This document shows positions 7,034 to 9,049 of a DNA stretch of 9,049 nt, piece after piece. Position 1 is the first letter of the stretch. Each line of letters begins with the position of its first letter. The notes under the pieces were generated by a model. The model was not told where the DNA came from. It worked only from the letters and a program-made list of their open reading frames with translations, and made no database searches. The position numbers were made by a program, and so were the translations under genes. Where the stretch lies: positions 361,302-370,350 of the forward strand of contig CAID01000015.2 of assembly GCA_000214015.2 (NCBI GenBank), read 5' to 3'. This stretch comes from Ostreococcus tauri (taxonomy: Eukaryota).

Positions 7034-8236
7034 CTAGTTCTCGGCGTTGGTAGCGGCGTATTGCTGCGCCAGGGCGATGACTGTCTCGTCCTTCGTCATC
7101 TTCGCAACTTCATGGACGAGCTCGCGGAATGGAATGTTGATGTGGTCAGTGACTTTGGCTGAGAGATAGTTCCATCGACGGCGAATCTGGCTCAGATTGC
7201 GTCCGTGTACCAAATTTTCCCAATCGATGGTTTCCGCAGCCTGCGTGTTCGATTCAATGAGGCCGACGAGCATTTCGCTGTCTTGTTTATTGTCCCATTC
7301 TCCAGTCTTCGTCATCTCCGGAGCGATCTGATACCATCGCTGCAAGCAGGCTTGCTCGTTGCGAGTGCCCAGCTTGGCGCTGATGTTGACCCAGTTGATG
7401 TTGTCTCGAAGCGTGAGGTGCTCGAACCCTTGCCCTGGACCAGCGCCAGGGCGCGTCCCTCGCTTCTCAAAGTGAGCTTCGACGAGTTTAACCAGTTTCT
7501 CAGTCTCTTCAGGGGACCAGTGACCGCTCTTCTTCTTTGGTCCACCCTTTGCGAGGCGCCACTTGTCGCGGCACGCCGGCGCCGGTCGACCGACAACTTT
7601 GGAAATCTTAGACCATTTCGGTCCGAGTTCGTCGTACATCTTCAGCAACAATTCGGTCTCTTCTTTGCTCCACTTCCCAGAGGCGGTGGACTTATCCATG
7701 TTTCGTAAGATCCAGCCGTATATCTGCTTTGCGTTTCTCGTCGGGAGCTCGCGGGCGAGCTCGATGAACGCGTGCCGCTCGCTCAGAGGCAAGTTGGCGC
7801 CGCGTCCGCCCTGCTTCTGTCGACGATGAAACAAAAAATCATACTTTTCGTTGATGAATTCCTCCGCAAAGCCGTGCTCGTTCGCCCATCGACCGACGAT
7901 TTCCTTCATCTTCGCCATCTCATCCGCGGCCCACGGGCCAAACTTTTGTCCCGGAAATTTCACGTCCCACTCCGAGGTATCCCCCCCCCCCCCGAACCCG
8001 TGCGTCGCCACCGAGGCATCGATCAACGCACGCCCCATGCCGTTCTCCGAGTCCGCGCGCACGATCGCCGGCCTCTCATCCACGCCGCCCATCCCGCGCC
8101 CGTCGCCCGCCCGCCCGTCGTCCCGCGTCCGTTTCCGCCCCCCCGTCCACGCGTCTCGCCGTTCCGTCGCCGCCGCGACGTCCGCGAGCACTCCCACGCG
8201 CGCGTTCTCGCCCACCGAATCCCGCGCGCGCGCCAT
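7034..8236 (-). CDS. Myb/SANT-repeat DNA-binding protein, REB1/TTF-I/DMTF1-like
   Basis: Successive Myb-type repeats with spaced Trp residues are present. They are GKWSKEETELLLKMYDELGPKWSKISKVVGRPAPACRDKWRL, then GHWSPEETEKLVKLV...NWVNISAKLGTRNEQACLQRWYQI, then GEWDNKQDSEMLVGLI...DWENLVHGRNLSQIRRRWNYL (about 7169-7675). A degenerate repeat precedes them (FGPWAADEMAKMKEIV...QIYGWILRN). The stop is TAG at 7034-7036. The ORF-track start at 8536 is GTG. The first in-frame ATG is at 8236, with further candidates at 8092 and 8038, all upstream of the conserved part. The start is therefore uncertain. Confidence 0.8.
   Translation of the reverse strand: MARARDSVGENARVGVLADVAAATERRDAWTGGRKRTRDDGRAGDGRGMGGVDERPAIVRADSENGMGRALIDASVATHGFGGGGDTSEWDVKFPGQKFGPWAADEMAKMKEIVGRWANEHGFAEEFINEKYDFLFHRRQKQGGRGANLPLSERHAFIELARELPTRNAKQIYGWILRNMDKSTASGKWSKEETELLLKMYDELGPKWSKISKVVGRPAPACRDKWRLAKGGPKKKSGHWSPEETEKLVKLVEAHFEKRGTRPGAGPGQGFEHLTLRDNINWVNISAKLGTRNEQACLQRWYQIAPEMTKTGEWDNKQDSEMLVGLIESNTQAAETIDWENLVHGRNLSQIRRRWNYLSAKVTDHINIPFRELVHEVAKMTKDETVIALAQQYAATNAEN
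7981..7993 (-). repeat. C13 homopolymer (G13 on the coding strand) inside the Myb ORF, encoding GGGG plus the first base of Asp
   Basis: Read directly: ...ggtat ccccccccccccc gaaccc.... In the ORF frame it encodes F-G-G-G-G-D. The tract sits exactly where the ORF changes from very GC-rich (upstream) to moderate GC (conserved domain). Confidence 0.95.
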
Positions 8237-8510
8237 CGTCCCCCACGCCCGCGCGAACGAACACACGGGTGCGATCACGGAATGAAAATGCGTCGACGCG
8301 AATGCGACGATTCGCCTCGACCGATGAATCCGTCGCCGTCGTCGGTCTCTCGCGCGCGTTCGATCACCCGGTCCTCGCTCGAGCGCGTCGTCGCACGCGC
8401 GCGCGTGTACGTCTTCACGTCGCTCGATCGACGTCGACGCGCCGGGCACAGACGCGGCGGCGCGCTGAAGAGGATGTACACGCGCCGACCCCGTGGACGG
8501 GCGAGGGGGC

Positions 8511-8620
8511 CTGTACACGCGGGTTTTTTTGTACACACAGGGTCCTTCCCGTACACGCGGGTTTTTTTATGCCACCACGGGGCCCTTCCCGTACACGCGG
8601 GTTTTTTTATGCCACCACAG
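8511..8620 (+). repeat. Tandem array with three copies of the core GTACACGCGGGTTTTTTT; the last two 40-bp units are 38/40 identical
   Basis: The core occurs at 8513-8530, 8551-8568 and 8591-8608. Unit 8541-8580 is ggtccttcccgtacacgcgggtttttttatgccaccacgg. Unit 8581-8620 is ggcccttcccgtacacgcgggtttttttatgccaccacag, with 2 mismatches. The first copy is partial, with a 38-nt offset. Confidence 0.95.
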
Positions 8621-8643
8621 CCCGTCCATCGCGTCGCATAGGG

Positions 8644-8750
8644 GGGTCGTCACTCGTGAAGACATGTAGGGGTACACGACACGCGGGGTGTCTCTGGTCG
8701 TGGGTCGTCACTCGTGCCTGTGTGTATGGGTACACGACGCGGCGTGCACG
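8644..8750 (+). repeat. Imperfect direct repeat with a period of about 58 bp
   Basis: GGGTCGTCACTCGTG is identical at 8644-8658 and 8702-8716. Both copies are followed about 15 nt later by TGTA(G/T)GGGTACACGAC..GCGG.GTG. The sequence in between is diverged. Confidence 0.85.
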
Positions 8751-9049
8751 CGCGACGCGCGAGCGACCGACCGATGGGCGCTTGACCGGTGCGCGCGGTG
8801 TCTTCGGGCGAATGAAGTCGTTCGCGTGGGACCTAAGGGGTGTGCGTACTCACAAACGGATCGCGCGGATGGCGAGCGCAACGAGGACGCCGACCGCGTC
8901 GAGGCGAGCGCGTCGAGGCGGGGGTGGGCGCGCGCGCGTCGACGCGGGCGACATCCGCGCGGCGGCGACGGACGCGGCGTCGCCGTCCGTCACCCGGCGC
9001 GCGCGCTCGGGACGGCGATGAGGGAGACGACGCCGCGCGCGCGCGGTGA

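Noticed and set aside
139-8236. The five genes as one functional system or operon-like cluster
   Set aside because: Their functions are unrelated: a splicing-associated J-protein, a PP4 regulatory subunit, a UFMylation adaptor, a carotenoid isomerase and a Myb DNA-binding factor. Their orientations are mixed, and each gene appears to have its own flanks. Nothing in the sequence supports co-function beyond the shared divergent promoter of DDRGK1 and D27.
8511-8620. CRISPR array or bacterial rho-independent terminators as explanations for the 40-bp repeats with hairpin plus T7
   Set aside because: The units abut directly with no unique spacers and there are only three copies. All neighbouring genes are eukaryotic (PP4R3, DDRGK1, DNAJC8-like, D27-like). 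The stem is only 4-5 bp. Prokaryotic interpretations do not fit the context.
7772-9021. Plus-strand ORFs 7772-8641 (289 aa), 7851-8285 (144 aa) and 8269-9021 (250 aa)
   Set aside because: They are antisense to the Myb gene or simply translate the tandem repeats, giving repeated VHAGFFMPP-type strings. Their composition is Arg/Pro/Ala-rich. There is no evidence of coding.
8850-9049. Minus-strand frame open from the window end to TGA at 8850-8852, ending ...LDAVGVLVALAIRAIRL*; a possible 3' end of a gene extending beyond the window, with a tail-anchor-like end
   Set aside because: It shows high GC3 and a hydrophobic tail, but the rest is Arg/Ala/Pro junk-like, it is only 66 codons, and no homology is recognisable. 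It cannot be distinguished from a chance open frame in GC-rich DNA without the flanking sequence.

Overview
The window looks like compact, almost intron-free nuclear DNA from a GC-rich green picoalga, probably Mamiellophyceae (Micromonas/Ostreococcus-like). That assignment is an inference from gene content, gene density and TTTAGGG-type motifs. It is not prokaryotic. Five protein-coding genes are well supported by strong family resemblance, recalled from memory and not database-checked. They are a DNAJC8-like J-protein (139-966 +), a PP4 regulatory subunit 3/SMEK (1013-3847 -), a DDRGK1/UFBP1 homolog (4904-5599 -), a DWARF27-like carotenoid isomerase (5828-6721 +) and a multi-repeat Myb/SANT protein of the REB1/TTF-I/DMTF1 type (7034-8236 -). 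Three ORF-track starts (3904, 5644, 8536) are GTG in the sequence, so I moved them to the first in-frame ATG. The five genes are functionally unrelated and mixed in orientation, and I see no gene cluster or novel multi-gene system. The items worth a second look are a probable unannotated small spliced gene at 4226-4725 (-), a perfect 22-bp tandem duplication carrying telomere-like TTTAGGG in a divergent promoter, and triplicated 40-bp and duplicated 58-bp GTACACG-containing repeats upstream of the Myb gene. Also notable are sharp GC switches inside ORFs (one exactly at a C13 tract), a recurrent palindromic octamer CGTCGACG, and stop codons of convergent genes only 46 bp apart. Most other long ORFs in the track are stop-poor artefacts of GC-rich DNA.
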